Positions 8,782-18,681 of a DNA stretch of 64,000 nucleotides are shown piece by piece (the stretch's first letter is position 1; each line of letters starts with the position of its first letter). The stretch covers positions 3,840,001 to 3,904,000 of the forward strand of contig CBDFLE010000006.1 of assembly GCA_965248925.1 (NCBI GenBank), in the 5' to 3' direction. The stretch comes from Candidatus Multivoradales bacterium. GTDB lineage: Bacteria; Acidobacteriota; Thermoanaerobaculia; Multivoradales; J023. The position numbers were made by a program, and so were the translations under genes. A model generated the notes under the pieces. It made no database searches. It was not told where the DNA came from and worked only from the letters and a program-made list of their open reading frames with translations.

Positions 8782-10662
8782 ATGGCGGAATCCCAGGGGG
8801 TAGGTCAGCCTATTCGATTGAACTCGTCCTCGCCGCCGCGTACTTCGGGATGGTTGGCGGCCAGCTGTCTCTTACTGGTCGCGGTGACCGCCGTGGCTTG
8901 GATCCTGGCCGCGGGGTTGGTGGCGGCCAACGATTTGCCTTGGGGCGAGCGTTGTTGGCTGGGTCTGCTGTGTTTCGTGACCCTGGCTCTGGGGGCTGGC
9001 GGTTTGCTGGCCTTGGCGGCCCTCAGTCACTGGTTGTGGAGTCGTTTTACGCCACCACGCTGCCAGCGTCCGCCCCCCTGGGTGCAGGTGGCCGCTGTTC
9101 TGGCCGCAGTCATGGTGCCAGCGATCGTCGGTTGGGGGACTGGCGGAGCGCTACCGTTCGCTCTGCTCGTTGCTCTGGCTGGGCTCGCTTGGCTCTGCTG
9201 TGGTGCCTTGCTGCGCCGAGCACGACTTCTCGATTGGCGGCCTCTGGTGGCTGTGACGGTGAGCCTGATGGTGCTCTGGGGAGTGGTGGCTCGGGTTTCC
9301 AGTAGCAGCGCCGAGGCTCGGCGCCAGGGTGAAGAGGAACTCTTCCACCAGGTCACGGCAGGTTTGCGAGTCAACGGCCAGCGGCTGCTGGTGATTGGTC
9401 TCGATGGTTTCTCCTGGCAGTTTTTCTCGGCGATGAGGCAGCGTGGTGAGTTGCCAAACTTGAGCCGCCTTGCCGGCTTGGGTGTGGCCGGTCCCTTGGG
9501 CTCGCTGCGGCCCACCGAATCGGCACGCCTGTGGACCACGGTGGCGAGCGGTGAAACGGCTGAGCGGCACGGTGTAGCGAGTTTCTTTTCCTATGTCTTG
9601 CCGGGTATCGGGAAGCCGCTGATCGCCCGCTGGCCGAACGGCAGCGGGCTGCCGCGTCTGCTCGATCTGGCGGTAAGTCGTGGTTGGGCGCGGCGCGAAC
9701 CGGTGTCTTCTTACAACTGCAGCTCGCCGCGATTCTGGGAGATCGTCGAGGCCGCTGGCGGGCGCGCCGCGGTCCTAGGTTGGTGGGCGACTTGGCCGGC
9801 CCACGCCGCCCGCGGGGTGGTGGTGAGCGATACCTTCTACTACCACTATGGTGGCCGCGACAAGCCGCCGCGGCTGGGCTTAGAGGGTGCGGGCGGGGCG
9901 GTCTATCCGTCAACTTTGAAGGTCGAGTTGGAAGGGTTGCGGCGCTCGCCGCACTCGGTTGGCGAGGCAGAGATTGAGCGTTTCTTCGCTCGCCCAATGG
10001 AGCGCCTCGAAGAGCTGCGCAACAGCAGTTGGCTGCCGACCGTGGACGACCAGTTCCTCTATCTTTTCTCGATGGACCGCACCTATGCCGACCTGGCCCA
10101 GCACCTGTTGCGGCGGCAGCCGGATCTCGACCTGATGGTGGTGTATCTGCGGGGTGTCGACACCCTGTCTCACCTGGCGCTCGAATTCGGCACCCCTCTC
10201 GATCCTGCGTCGCCGGGTTCGGCGGCCGACTTGGTGCGTGCCTACTACGTTTTCACCGATCAGTTGGTGGGAGAGTTGGTTGCGGCGGCAGGGGCGGGGC
10301 GTGGTGTCTTGGTGCTCTCTGACCACGGCTTTGCTCGCGACGATGTGGGCCGCTGGGGTCACGACGACGCGCCGCCAGGAGTGTTACTGGCGGCCGGTTC
10401 CGGCTTGGCCAGCGGGCGGCGCATCACCGAAGTGGATCTCTACGACATCTTCCCGACCGTCTTGCGCTTCTTCGGCTTACCACGGGTGGCGGGGCAGTCC
10501 GGCGAATCTTTGGCCATCTACGGCGCCGAGCTGGCCAGCCCGCCGCCGCCGCTGCCGAGCTATGGCCGCCCACCCCGCGCCGCGCCGGCGGACCTGGCGG
10601 TCGGTGAGAAGGCCAGGGAGGAAGAAGTCGAGCGGCTTCGATCCCTCGGCTACGGCGGCTAG
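8782..10662 (+). CDS. membrane-anchored alkaline phosphatase/phosphodiesterase (sulfatase-superfamily) protein
   Basis: About 5 N-terminal TM segments; LLVIGLDG, WTTVASG, GVDTLSH, VLSDHGF, C-terminal ERLRSLGY. Start moved to ATG 8782 (after the acs stop). Confidence 0.85.
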   Translation: MAESQGVGQPIRLNSSSPPRTSGWLAASCLLLVAVTAVAWILAAGLVAANDLPWGERCWLGLLCFVTLALGAGGLLALAALSHWLWSRFTPPRCQRPPPWVQVAAVLAAVMVPAIVGWGTGGALPFALLVALAGLAWLCCGALLRRARLLDWRPLVAVTVSLMVLWGVVARVSSSSAEARRQGEEELFHQVTAGLRVNGQRLLVIGLDGFSWQFFSAMRQRGELPNLSRLAGLGVAGPLGSLRPTESARLWTTVASGETAERHGVASFFSYVLPGIGKPLIARWPNGSGLPRLLDLAVSRGWARREPVSSYNCSSPRFWEIVEAAGGRAAVLGWWATWPAHAARGVVVSDTFYYHYGGRDKPPRLGLEGAGGAVYPSTLKVELEGLRRSPHSVGEAEIERFFARPMERLEELRNSSWLPTVDDQFLYLFSMDRTYADLAQHLLRRQPDLDLMVVYLRGVDTLSHLALEFGTPLDPASPGSAADLVRAYYVFTDQLVGELVAAAGAGRGVLVLSDHGFARDDVGRWGHDDAPPGVLLAAGSGLASGRRITEVDLYDIFPTVLRFFGLPRVAGQSGESLAIYGAELASPPPPLPSYGRPPRAAPADLAVGEKAREEEVERLRSLGYGG

Positions 10663-10875
10663 GCCGGCCGCAAAGGCAATTTAATATCGAGACAAATGCT
10701 GATTGGCCTCACCAAGGCTGATGGGTCGGGAAAACGGCATCTCCTGGAAAAATTGGAGAGCCACAGGATCTTCTGTAACCAGCACGGCTGATCAGCTGTA
10801 GCACGAGCTATCCGGAGCCACCAATGTCCCACCCCCTACCTTGGCCATGGGTGAGCGGCGAACGGCTTCGCTGGC

Positions 10876-11126
10876 TCAGCATTCGCATTGGTTGCGGCGG
10901 AATTCCTCGACTTTGTCTTCGCCACCGAGCTCGATGAAACAGCATGCCTCGAGCTCCGTCTCCAGCAGGCGGCGCCTCGGTGGATGCGCAGCTGGGCCTC
11001 CTGGGCCACGTCGTCGGCGTCCTGGGCTGGAGTGCGTTGGGCGATGAAGGCTCGCAGCCCAGCGACAAGTCGCGCCCACGAGGGTTCGGTGCTGGGCGGC
11101 TGGGTTGTTGGGTTGTTCGACTTCAT
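10876..11126 (-). pseudogene. sigZ duplicate with large internal deletion
   Basis: Both ends are near-identical to 13861-14463; ~350 bp is missing at an AGGCGG microhomology. Confidence 0.85.
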
Positions 11127-11141
11127 CGCCACTCCACAAGT

Positions 11142-11540
11142 TCAGGTACAGCAGGTTGCGTCGCAGCAGCCGTCTTTGGCCGCTGCCGGTCCGCGGCGTA
11201 CAGTGGCTTCGCCGGAGGTGTAGAACAGTTCCCACGAGACCTCCTGCGGATCGCTGACCCAAGCCTTGTCCGCGGCGTGGTAGCAACAGACTGTCTCTCC
11301 CTCGTCGATGACCTTATCCAGTAGCGTGCCAAGGCGCTGTCGGAGTTCTACCAGCTCCGCTTGGGTCGCGGCCTGGATGCCGAAACGCTGGATGCCGTGT
11401 TCCTCAGCGCTGGCCGGCTGTTCGATGATGGAGAAGTTGACTCGGGGGTCGTCGGGGTTCCACTTGGCGTAGTCTGATTTGGTGACCGTGGCCTCGCTGT
11501 CGAAGAGCGTCGAGAAGATGCGGATCGACTCTGCGAGGTT
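11142..11540 (-). pseudogene. ArsI/CadI duplicate lacking its N-terminus
   Basis: Collinear with 14479-14880, but the MKRLHV start is lost and HLG has become RFG. Confidence 0.75.
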
Positions 11541-11826
11541 TTGGGGCGGTTCGATAGGGGCCAACTTCTCGCGCAATTTGGTGCCAACGTAAACGTTTGT
11601 CTGACGTGACTGTCAATCGATGTCCTATTGCACGACGGTCGACAAATCCAAGTTCCTGCTCATTTTCCTTGGAGTCTGCAGGGCGTCGATCGTCAGCCCG
11701 TAGTCTTGTTAGTCTCTTGACTGGTTGAGGAGTCTTAGAGGAGATCAGCTTCTTCCTGACTCAGCGGAGCTTCAGGGGTTGTCGACTGACGATCGGACTA
11801 GAGGTTGACCATGTCCAGATTGACCG

Positions 11827-13263
11827 TTGCCAACAATTAAATGTCTAGGGAGGTGCCATGCCGTGAGTAGCGAGACAGAGGTGTTGATGACTATTCGTGG
11901 GTCTTCTGGGGGGCGCGAGACCTACTCGTTCCTTGAGCGAGTGCTGCCGGGCACCACGCTGCTCTTCCTAGTCTTGGTGCTGGCCAATTCGACTGACCGA
12001 GCTCTTGCGTTGTGGCTTTGCGCAGGCCATGTCGTGAGCAATGTGTTGATGTCTTGGGTGATTTCGAGATTGGATCAGACATCAAGTCGGATTGGCGAGT
12101 TGGTCAAGCTTGGATTCAATTTGGTATATGTATTTGTGGCGACGCTCTTGGGCGGACATTCGACACTGATCTGGATCTTGCACTTGGTGCAAATTTGCAG
12201 AACGATGTTAGTCTTTCCGGCTAGCTCGATAAGAGTTGGGTCGGCGATAGCGTTCGGTGCCTCGGCGGCTTGGGCCGAGCATCTAGCAGGAGGGCGATTT
12301 GGGAAAGCCATCGAGCCTCTCATTGTTTTGGTCGCTCTAGCGATTTTGACGGATGCTCTGTTCAAGTTTTTTGATCGACTCTTGAAAAGGGAGCAAAAGA
12401 TGCTGCTCAAGAGTGAGCATCTGCGGCGACTATCTGGCCGGATGGAGGCGGTTGGTAGTCTTGCTGCAGGTTTGGCCCATGAGATCAATACGCCGATCCA
12501 ATACGTCAGCGACAGCCTGGATTTCGTCCGCCAGGGTGTCGAGCAGTTGCTGATCGATGGGCGACAACAAGGTGACTTCATCGAGGCCTTGCTGGCCGCT
12601 CGGAGATCGGGGATGCCTATGCCGCGCGCGGAGAATCAGAGCGAAGATAAGCTGCAGTCTCAAGCGTTTCTGCGGGAGAACCTACCGGCGGCTCTGGCCA
12701 GAATCAGCCTTGGTTTGGAACGGGTTTCTGAGATCGTTTGTGCTATGCGAGTATTCTCCCATCCGGGGAGCTCCGAACAAAACTGGGCTGATATCAAAAA
12801 ATCATTGGCGTCGGCGATAACGATGACTTCCTCAGAGTGGAAAGAAATTGCGACTGTGGAGCTGGATTTGGTCGACTTGCCCAGAGTCAGGTGTAACATT
12901 GCGGAGATCGGCCAGGTGTTTCTGAATCTTCTAGTCAACGCTGCCGACGCCATTCGCCAGACGGAAAGTAAAACCCTTGGGCTGATTCAGGTCGCGACCC
13001 GGTGCCTCGGCGACCGCTGGGTGGAGATCTCCATCTCTGACAATGGATGTGGAGTGCCGGAAGATGCCAAGGAGCATATTTTCGATCCTTTCTTCACGAC
13101 CAAGGAGGTTGGCAAGGGTACCGGTCAAGGTCTCGCAATGGCCATGAACGTGGTCGCCAGTCTTCACGATGGCAAGATGGATCTGCAGAGTTCGGAGGGG
13201 CAGGGTACTCGAGTGAGCGTGATTCTGCCGATTAATGGAAAAGGAGGAACTGATGAGACGTGA
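11827..13263 (+). CDS. membrane sensor histidine kinase (NtrB-like)
   Basis: N-terminal TM helices; AGLAHEINTPIQY, QVFLNLLVNAADAI, ISDNGCG, FDPFFTTKEVGKGTGQGL. Start may be 11887. Confidence 0.92.
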   Translation: MPTIKCLGRCHAVSSETEVLMTIRGSSGGRETYSFLERVLPGTTLLFLVLVLANSTDRALALWLCAGHVVSNVLMSWVISRLDQTSSRIGELVKLGFNLVYVFVATLLGGHSTLIWILHLVQICRTMLVFPASSIRVGSAIAFGASAAWAEHLAGGRFGKAIEPLIVLVALAILTDALFKFFDRLLKREQKMLLKSEHLRRLSGRMEAVGSLAAGLAHEINTPIQYVSDSLDFVRQGVEQLLIDGRQQGDFIEALLAARRSGMPMPRAENQSEDKLQSQAFLRENLPAALARISLGLERVSEIVCAMRVFSHPGSSEQNWADIKKSLASAITMTSSEWKEIATVELDLVDLPRVRCNIAEIGQVFLNLLVNAADAIRQTESKTLGLIQVATRCLGDRWVEISISDNGCGVPEDAKEHIFDPFFTTKEVGKGTGQGLAMAMNVVASLHDGKMDLQSSEGQGTRVSVILPINGKGGTDET

Positions 13264-13813
13264 AGAGGAACCAAGAGTGCTGTTTGTTGACGATGAAGAG
13301 CTGGTCGTGCAGAGCCTCAAGACGGCACTTTGGAAGTCTGCGTTCAAGGTCGAAACAGCGAATTCGGCGCGGGAGGCTCTTGCTATGCTCGACCGGCATG
13401 TGTTTGACGTGATCGTGTCAGACGAGCGAATGCCGGGCATGTCGGGTGCCGACCTGCTCGCTAAGGTCCGGCGGCGATTTCCCAAAACCGTACGGATAAT
13501 TTTCACTGGCTACTCAGACCGTAAGGCGACGGTCCGAGCCATCAATGAAGGAGAGGTCTTTCGCTACCTCTCCAAGCCTTGCAAGTTATCTGATCTGCAA
13601 GAGGCTCTTTGGGCGGCGATGGAGTTCAAGCAGCGATTGACCGAGCTGCGAGAGATACCGCTGGAACAGCCGCTGGACCAGCAGCGCCAGCAGCTGTTCG
13701 ACGAGCTCGAGCGAGTCTATCCCGGTATCACCAAGACGGCTCGCGATAGCCAAGAGCTGATCGTGATTGACGAGTATGAGCCCTGCCCCAGCCTTGTTCA
13801 CCGGGAATCTTGA
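13253..13813 (+). CDS. response regulator (receiver domain)
   Basis: AGGAGG RBS; VLFVDDE, VIVSDERMPGMSG, IFTGY, YLSKP. Confidence 0.92.
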   Translation: MRREEEPRVLFVDDEELVVQSLKTALWKSAFKVETANSAREALAMLDRHVFDVIVSDERMPGMSGADLLAKVRRRFPKTVRIIFTGYSDRKATVRAINEGEVFRYLSKPCKLSDLQEALWAAMEFKQRLTELREIPLEQPLDQQRQQLFDELERVYPGITKTARDSQELIVIDEYEPCPSLVHRES

Positions 13814-13860
13814 GAGGAAGGATCTGTTCGCTGTTGGACTCAGCCGCTAACACTGCTGGG

Positions 13861-14463
13861 TCAGCAGTCGCAACGGTTGCGGCGGAAGTCCTCGACTCTG
13901 CCTTCGGCACCGAGCTCGACCGAGCAGCACTTCTCGAGTTCCGTGGCTAGCAGGCGGTGGCCACGTTGCACGCGGGACTTTATCGCCGCCAGCGACAGGC
14001 CCAGCTCGCTGGCCGCCTGGCGTTGGGTTTGGCCTTCGAAATCGGTCAGCAGCAGGGCTTCTCGGTAGATCTCGGGCAACTGCTCGGCGAGAGGCCGCAA
14101 CCAGCTGAGCACCTCCTCGTGGGCGCTGTGATCGCCTTTGTAGGTGGCGAGTCTTTCGGCGACGGCGGCACTGGGGTCGGCGACTGATTCCGGCTCGACC
14201 CCAGCTGCCGTGTCGATCGGTCGCTGGCCGCGATAGTGGTCGGCGATGGCTCGCCGAGCCACCGTGTAGACCCAGGACTGAAGGCGTTGGGGATCGCGCA
14301 CCGAGGCGGCGCCTTGGTGGATGCGCAGCAGGGCCTCCTGGGCCACGTCGTCGGCGTCCTGGGCTGGAGTGCGTTGGGCAATGAAGGCTCGCAGCCCAGC
14401 GACAAATCGCACCCACGAGGTTTCGGAGCTGGACGGCTGGGTTGTTGGGTTGTTCGACTTCAT
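13861..14463 (-). CDS. sigZ: ECF sigma factor, SigZ-like
   Basis: ADDVAQEALLRI, SWVYTVARRAIADHYR, LPEIYREALLLTDFEG, KSRVQRG, C-terminal KCC...RCDC. Confidence 0.85.
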   Translation of the reverse strand: MKSNNPTTQPSSSETSWVRFVAGLRAFIAQRTPAQDADDVAQEALLRIHQGAASVRDPQRLQSWVYTVARRAIADHYRGQRPIDTAAGVEPESVADPSAAVAERLATYKGDHSAHEEVLSWLRPLAEQLPEIYREALLLTDFEGQTQRQAASELGLSLAAIKSRVQRGHRLLATELEKCCSVELGAEGRVEDFRRNRCDC

Positions 14464-14478
14464 CGCAACTCCACAGAT

Positions 14479-14910
14479 TCAGGTACAGCAGGTTGCGTCG
14501 CAGCAGCGGTCTTTGGCGGCTGCCGGTTCGCGGCGTACGGTGGCTTCGCCGGAGGTGTAGAACAGTTCCCACGAGACCTCCTGCGGATCGTTGACCCACG
14601 CTTTGTCCGAGGCGTGGTAGCAACAGACGGTTTCTCCCTCGTCGAAGACCTTATCCTGCTGCGTGCTGAGTCGCTGCCGGAGTTCTACCAGCTCCGCTTG
14701 GGTCTCGGCCTGAATGCCTAAGTGCTGGATGCCGTGTCCTTCTGTGTTGGCCGGCCGCTCGATGATGGAGAAGTTGACTCGGGGGTCGTCGAGCAGCCAC
14801 TTGGCGTAGTCTGATTTGGTGACTGTGGGCTCGCCGGCGAAGAGGGTCGAATAGAAGCGGATCGACTCCGCGAGGTTGGACACTGTTAGGTTGACGTGCA
14901 GTCTCTTCAT
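14479..14910 (-). CDS. ArsI/CadI family VOC metalloenzyme
   Basis: MKRLHVNL, YAKWLLDDPRVNFSI, QHLGIQ, TVCCYHASDKAWVNDP, WELF, Cys-rich tail. Confidence 0.9.
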   Translation of the reverse strand: MKRLHVNLTVSNLAESIRFYSTLFAGEPTVTKSDYAKWLLDDPRVNFSIIERPANTEGHGIQHLGIQAETQAELVELRQRLSTQQDKVFDEGETVCCYHASDKAWVNDPQEVSWELFYTSGEATVRREPAAAKDRCCDATCCT

Positions 14911-15189
14911 GGTCGGGTCTCCCTGGTGTTGGCCGGATGTTCAGCGTCCGGTTATCTAGAGAGTCGGCTGATTGAGCAAAAGGATGCAAGATTTATCCAA
15001 CATAGATTTCGCGGCTCCGAGGAGCCGCGTGGCCTGATTTGTATCTTTGTTGGAAACCTTTTCTGCTTACGTTTTGGATTGCAGTGACGGTGCGGAGAAG
15101 GTCGCGGTTCATGTAGGTGTTTGGTACCTAGCTCTGTAGGTCTAGGTCTTGTTTTGCCATTTTCAACTGGCTAGTTTTCTCTATTCCTC

Positions 15190-15334
15190 TGCTGTGGATC
15201 ACGAAAGATCGACGCCGCTGTTTTTACTTGCTACTCTAGAGGGTGCCAAGCTTCATGAAGGTAGGAGTGATCTCGAGAGTTTGGCAGGGGAAGAGCAGGT
15301 GAAGCCGCTGTTTGATAGGGAAGCCGCTGGTTGA
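15190..15334 (+). pseudogene. remnant of histidine kinase C-terminus
   Basis: KLHEGRSDLESLAGE aligns with SLHDGKMDLQSSEGQ of the 11827-13263 kinase, at the same position relative to the receiver gene. Confidence 0.5.
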
Positions 15335-15351
15335 TGGGGAAGGAGCGAGTG

Positions 15352-15867
15352 ATGAAGAACCAAGAGAGACCACGAGTAATGTTCATCGATGATGAGGAGA
15401 TAGTTGTTCAGAGCCTCAAGGCGGCGTTGCGGAACTCCCCCTTCCAAGTTGCCACGGCGGGTTCTGCGGCGGATGCTCTCGCTCAGCTTGAGCTGCAAGA
15501 GTTCGATGTGATCGTCTCGGACGAGCGAATGCCGGGAATGTCGGGGGCGGCGCTTCTGGCCGAGGTTCGGCAGCGTTTCCCCGAGACCATGCGGATGATC
15601 TTCACCGGCTATTCGGACCATCAAGCGACGCTGCGGGCGATCAACGAAGGAGGAGTCTTTCGCTATTTGAGCAAGCCTTGCAGCCTGCCCGACTTGAAGG
15701 AAGCCCTGGCGGCAGCGGTGAGCTTCAAGCGCCACTTGACCCAGGTGCGGAGGATGCCGCAGGACCAGCAACGTCGGCAGCTGCTGGATGACCTCGAGCG
15801 AACCTATCCCGGGATCACCTACACCCTTCGGGATAGCCAAGAGTTGATCCTCATCGACAGTCCTTGA
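15352..15867 (+). CDS. response regulator, paralog of 13253-13813
   Basis: Shares FDVIVSDERMPGMSGA, RAINEG, FRYLSKPC, YPGIT, RDSQELI. Confidence 0.9.
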   Translation: MKNQERPRVMFIDDEEIVVQSLKAALRNSPFQVATAGSAADALAQLELQEFDVIVSDERMPGMSGAALLAEVRQRFPETMRMIFTGYSDHQATLRAINEGGVFRYLSKPCSLPDLKEALAAAVSFKRHLTQVRRMPQDQQRRQLLDDLERTYPGITYTLRDSQELILIDSP

Positions 15868-15932
15868 CCCTGGCCCTGACCCTGGCCCTGCCGGCTTTGA
15901 CCCTGGAGGTGCCTCCTCGATCAAGGGACTGT

Positions 15933-16200
15933 CTAGCGCGGCACCTTGAGGGTTACTCCGATGCCCACGAAGCTGTCTGGCGCTGGGCCGGCAAGGCTGT
16001 TGCCGGCAGCTAGATCGCTGTCTTGGGCGCTTTGCCGCGTTCCTCAAGCAGCAGGATCTTGGCGCCGAGTTCGCCGTCGGTGGAGCCATCGGTGTCGAAT
16101 CTACCGGCTCCTGTCCGTAGCTCCGATTCGTCTCTGCCGCCCCAACCCAGGCGTAGCTCCAAGCACTCGGTGAGGCCGAATCGCTCCAGTGTTTCCGGGC
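15933..16200 (-). pseudogene. remnant of an outer-membrane 'transporter' (MetA/phenol-degradation-like beta-barrel)
   Basis: FGLTECLELRLGWGG...DGELGAKILL joined out of frame to a typical C-terminus, DLAAGNSLAGPAPDSFVGIGVTLKVPR*. Confidence 0.5.
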
Positions 16201-16325
16201 CCGAGACGGTTTCCAGGCACCAAAATAATAATCTCAATCAATCAACCTCGGCGGCGCTCAAAGAGCCTGTCGCCAAGGCACAACGAAGGCCTGCGGTGGG
16301 TCGGAGGGATGAAATTGCCGTGGGT

Positions 16326-17549
16326 CTAGCGGCGGCAGCGGGCGCAGATCTGGCGGACGACCTCGATCACTCGATCGCGTTCGGCGGCGGCCATGGCGGG
16401 GTAGATCGGCAGACTGACCAACCGCGGCCACAGTTCGCTCGCAGCGGGTAGCTGCCTTGGCTGCCAGCCGAAGCGCTCTTCGTAGTAGGGGTGCAGGTGC
16501 AGCGGACGCCAGTGGACCGAGAAACCTACTCTTTGCTCGCGCATTGCCTCGACAAAGCGGTTGCGGTCGACGGAGAGCCGATCGAGGCGGAGGCGGATCG
16601 GGAAGAGGTGCCAGGCGTGCAAGCGATTGCTGTCGCTCAGCGGCAAGCCGATCTCGTCGATCTCGGCGAGATCGGCGAGGTAGTGCTCGGCCACCGCCTG
16701 GCGCTGGAGGCGGAAGGTCTCGGCCCGCTCCAACTGCACCAAACCGAGGGCGGCGGCGGTGTCGGGCATGTTGTACTTGAAGCCTGGAGCGACAATCCGG
16801 TAATCCCAGGAACCGCCGCCGCTGTAGCGATTCCAAGCGTCTTTCGACAGGCCGTGCAGGGTCATCAGTCGGATGCGCTCGGCGAGGTCTGGGCGATCGG
16901 TGACCGCCATGCCGCCCTCGCCGGTGGTGATCGTCTTGTTGGCGTAGAACGAGTAGCAGCTCACCGCCGCGCTGTTCTCACCACAGCGCTGCCATTCAGC
17001 TTCGGCCGACGGACGCCAGGCGGCGGGGAAGGCGTGGGCGGCGTCTTCCACCACCCACAGATCATGTTCGGCAGCGAAGGCGGCGATGGCCTCGAGATCC
17101 ATTAGGTAGCCGCCGACATGTACCGGGATCATTCCCACCACTTCGAGATCAGCGGCGATCGCGGGAGCCAGCTCGCCAGCTCGCAGAGCAGCGATCTTGC
17201 GCCGGGCGTCGCCCAGGTCGAGATTGGCGCTCAGCGGGTCGCAATCCACCAGGATCGGCACGCCGCCGAGGTAGCGCACCACTTCGGCGGTGGCGGCGAA
17301 GGTCATGGTGGGCACCAGCACTGCCTGACCGGGGCCGAGCCCTAGCGCCTCGACCGCCAAGTGCAAAGCTGCCGTGCATGAGGTCACCGCGATGGCCTGG
17401 CGGCCCCCTACGGCGGCGGCGAAGCCATCTTCGAAGGCCCTGCTTTTTGGGCCGCTGGTGAGCCAGCCCGAGCGCAGCACATCGGCGACCTCGGCGATCT
17501 CTCGTTCGCCGATCGGCGGTCGGAAGAAGGGCACTTGCGGTGCGCTCAT
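16326..17549 (-). CDS. DegT/DnrJ/EryC1/StrS sugar aminotransferase
   Basis: SGWLTSGP, SCTAALHLA, VEDAAHA, SFYANKTITTGEGGM, GFKYNM; ATGA overlap with wecB. Confidence 0.95.
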   Translation of the reverse strand: MSAPQVPFFRPPIGEREIAEVADVLRSGWLTSGPKSRAFEDGFAAAVGGRQAIAVTSCTAALHLAVEALGLGPGQAVLVPTMTFAATAEVVRYLGGVPILVDCDPLSANLDLGDARRKIAALRAGELAPAIAADLEVVGMIPVHVGGYLMDLEAIAAFAAEHDLWVVEDAAHAFPAAWRPSAEAEWQRCGENSAAVSCYSFYANKTITTGEGGMAVTDRPDLAERIRLMTLHGLSKDAWNRYSGGGSWDYRIVAPGFKYNMPDTAAALGLVQLERAETFRLQRQAVAEHYLADLAEIDEIGLPLSDSNRLHAWHLFPIRLRLDRLSVDRNRFVEAMREQRVGFSVHWRPLHLHPYYEERFGWQPRQLPAASELWPRLVSLPIYPAMAAAERDRVIEVVRQICARCRR

Positions 17550-18661
17550 GCGCCGTCTCCAGCTTCCCGCGTGGCCGCCCAATCGACAATCACGGCGGCA
17601 ATCCGCTGGCCGGCGGTGCCATCCCACAAGGGTGGTGAAAAAGGTGCTGGCGCGGCGGCCTTGGTAGGTGGGCTTGCCAAGACCTCGTCGAGAGCGGCGA
17701 TGATGGTGTCTGGCACGGTGCCGACCAGCCGGTTGCTACCCGTCTCAAGGGTGATGGGCCGTTCGGTGTTGTTGCGCAAAGTCAAGCAGGGGACGCCGAG
17801 TACGGTGGTCTCCTCCTGGATGCCGCCGGAATCGGTCAGCACCACGCGAGCGCGGGCCATCAGACCGAGAAAGGTGAGGTAGGGCAACGGCTCCAGGACG
17901 CGCGCCCGCAGCTCGATGCCGGCATCGGCCAGCCGCTGCCGGGTGCGTGGGTGGGCCGGAAAGAGCACCGGCAGGCGGCGCGCCGCACGTTCGAGAACCT
18001 CCACCATGCGCTCCAGGTCTGCCGGTTGGTCGACATTCGAAGGCCGGTGCAAGGTGGCCAGAGCATAGCCTCCCGGCGGCAAGTCGAACGCCTCCCACGG
18101 ACTGGCGGCGATGGCGTTCTCGGCGTGGGTCAGGAGGGTGTCGACCATGCAATTGCCGACGAAGTGGATGCGTTCTGCGGCGAAACCCTCGGCGCGCAGA
18201 TGGTCGTTGCCGCTCTGTTCGGTGGTGAAGCAGAGTTCCGCCAGCTGGTCGGTCAAGATGCGGTTGAGTTCTTCGGGCATGGCGCGATCCCCGGAGCGCA
18301 AGCCGGCCTCGACGTGCGCCACCGGAATGTGCAGCTTGGCCGCCACCAGCGCCGCTGCCAGGGTGGAATTGACGTCGCCAGCGACGATCACCAGCTCGGG
18401 TCGCTGGGCCTCGCAGACCCGTTCGAACTCGGTCATCACCCGAGCGGTCTGTCGAGCGTGGCTGTCAGAGCCCACCCCGAGGTCGAGATCCGGCGCCGGC
18501 ATGCCGAGTTCCTCGAAGAACACCTGTGAAAGGCGGCGGTCGTAGTGCTGACCGGTATGCACCAAGTAGGGCTCGAAGCCGTGCTCGCGCAGGGCGAACA
18601 CCACCGGCGCCATCTTCATGAAATTAGGCCGCGCTCCGACGACGCACACAATTCGTTGCAT
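17546..18661 (-). CDS. wecB: UDP-N-acetylglucosamine 2-epimerase (non-hydrolysing)
   Basis: VVGARPNFMK, HTGQHYD, GDVNST, HVEAGLRS, PEELNR, TDSGGIQEE, TERP. Confidence 0.95.
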   Translation of the reverse strand: MQRIVCVVGARPNFMKMAPVVFALREHGFEPYLVHTGQHYDRRLSQVFFEELGMPAPDLDLGVGSDSHARQTARVMTEFERVCEAQRPELVIVAGDVNSTLAAALVAAKLHIPVAHVEAGLRSGDRAMPEELNRILTDQLAELCFTTEQSGNDHLRAEGFAAERIHFVGNCMVDTLLTHAENAIAASPWEAFDLPPGGYALATLHRPSNVDQPADLERMVEVLERAARRLPVLFPAHPRTRQRLADAGIELRARVLEPLPYLTFLGLMARARVVLTDSGGIQEETTVLGVPCLTLRNNTERPITLETGSNRLVGTVPDTIIAALDEVLASPPTKAAAPAPFSPPLWDGTAGQRIAAVIVDWAATREAGDGA

Positions 18662-18681
18662 GCCCTGACCCTATGCCAAAC

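Noticed and set aside
14963-14988. Possible ECF promoter TGCATC-N16-CGAC upstream of arsI-sigZ
   Set aside because: Plausible but a single short match that cannot be supported without homologous promoters.
15867-15906. GACCCTGGCCCT tandem copies
   Set aside because: Only two full copies plus a partial one; ordinary slippage.
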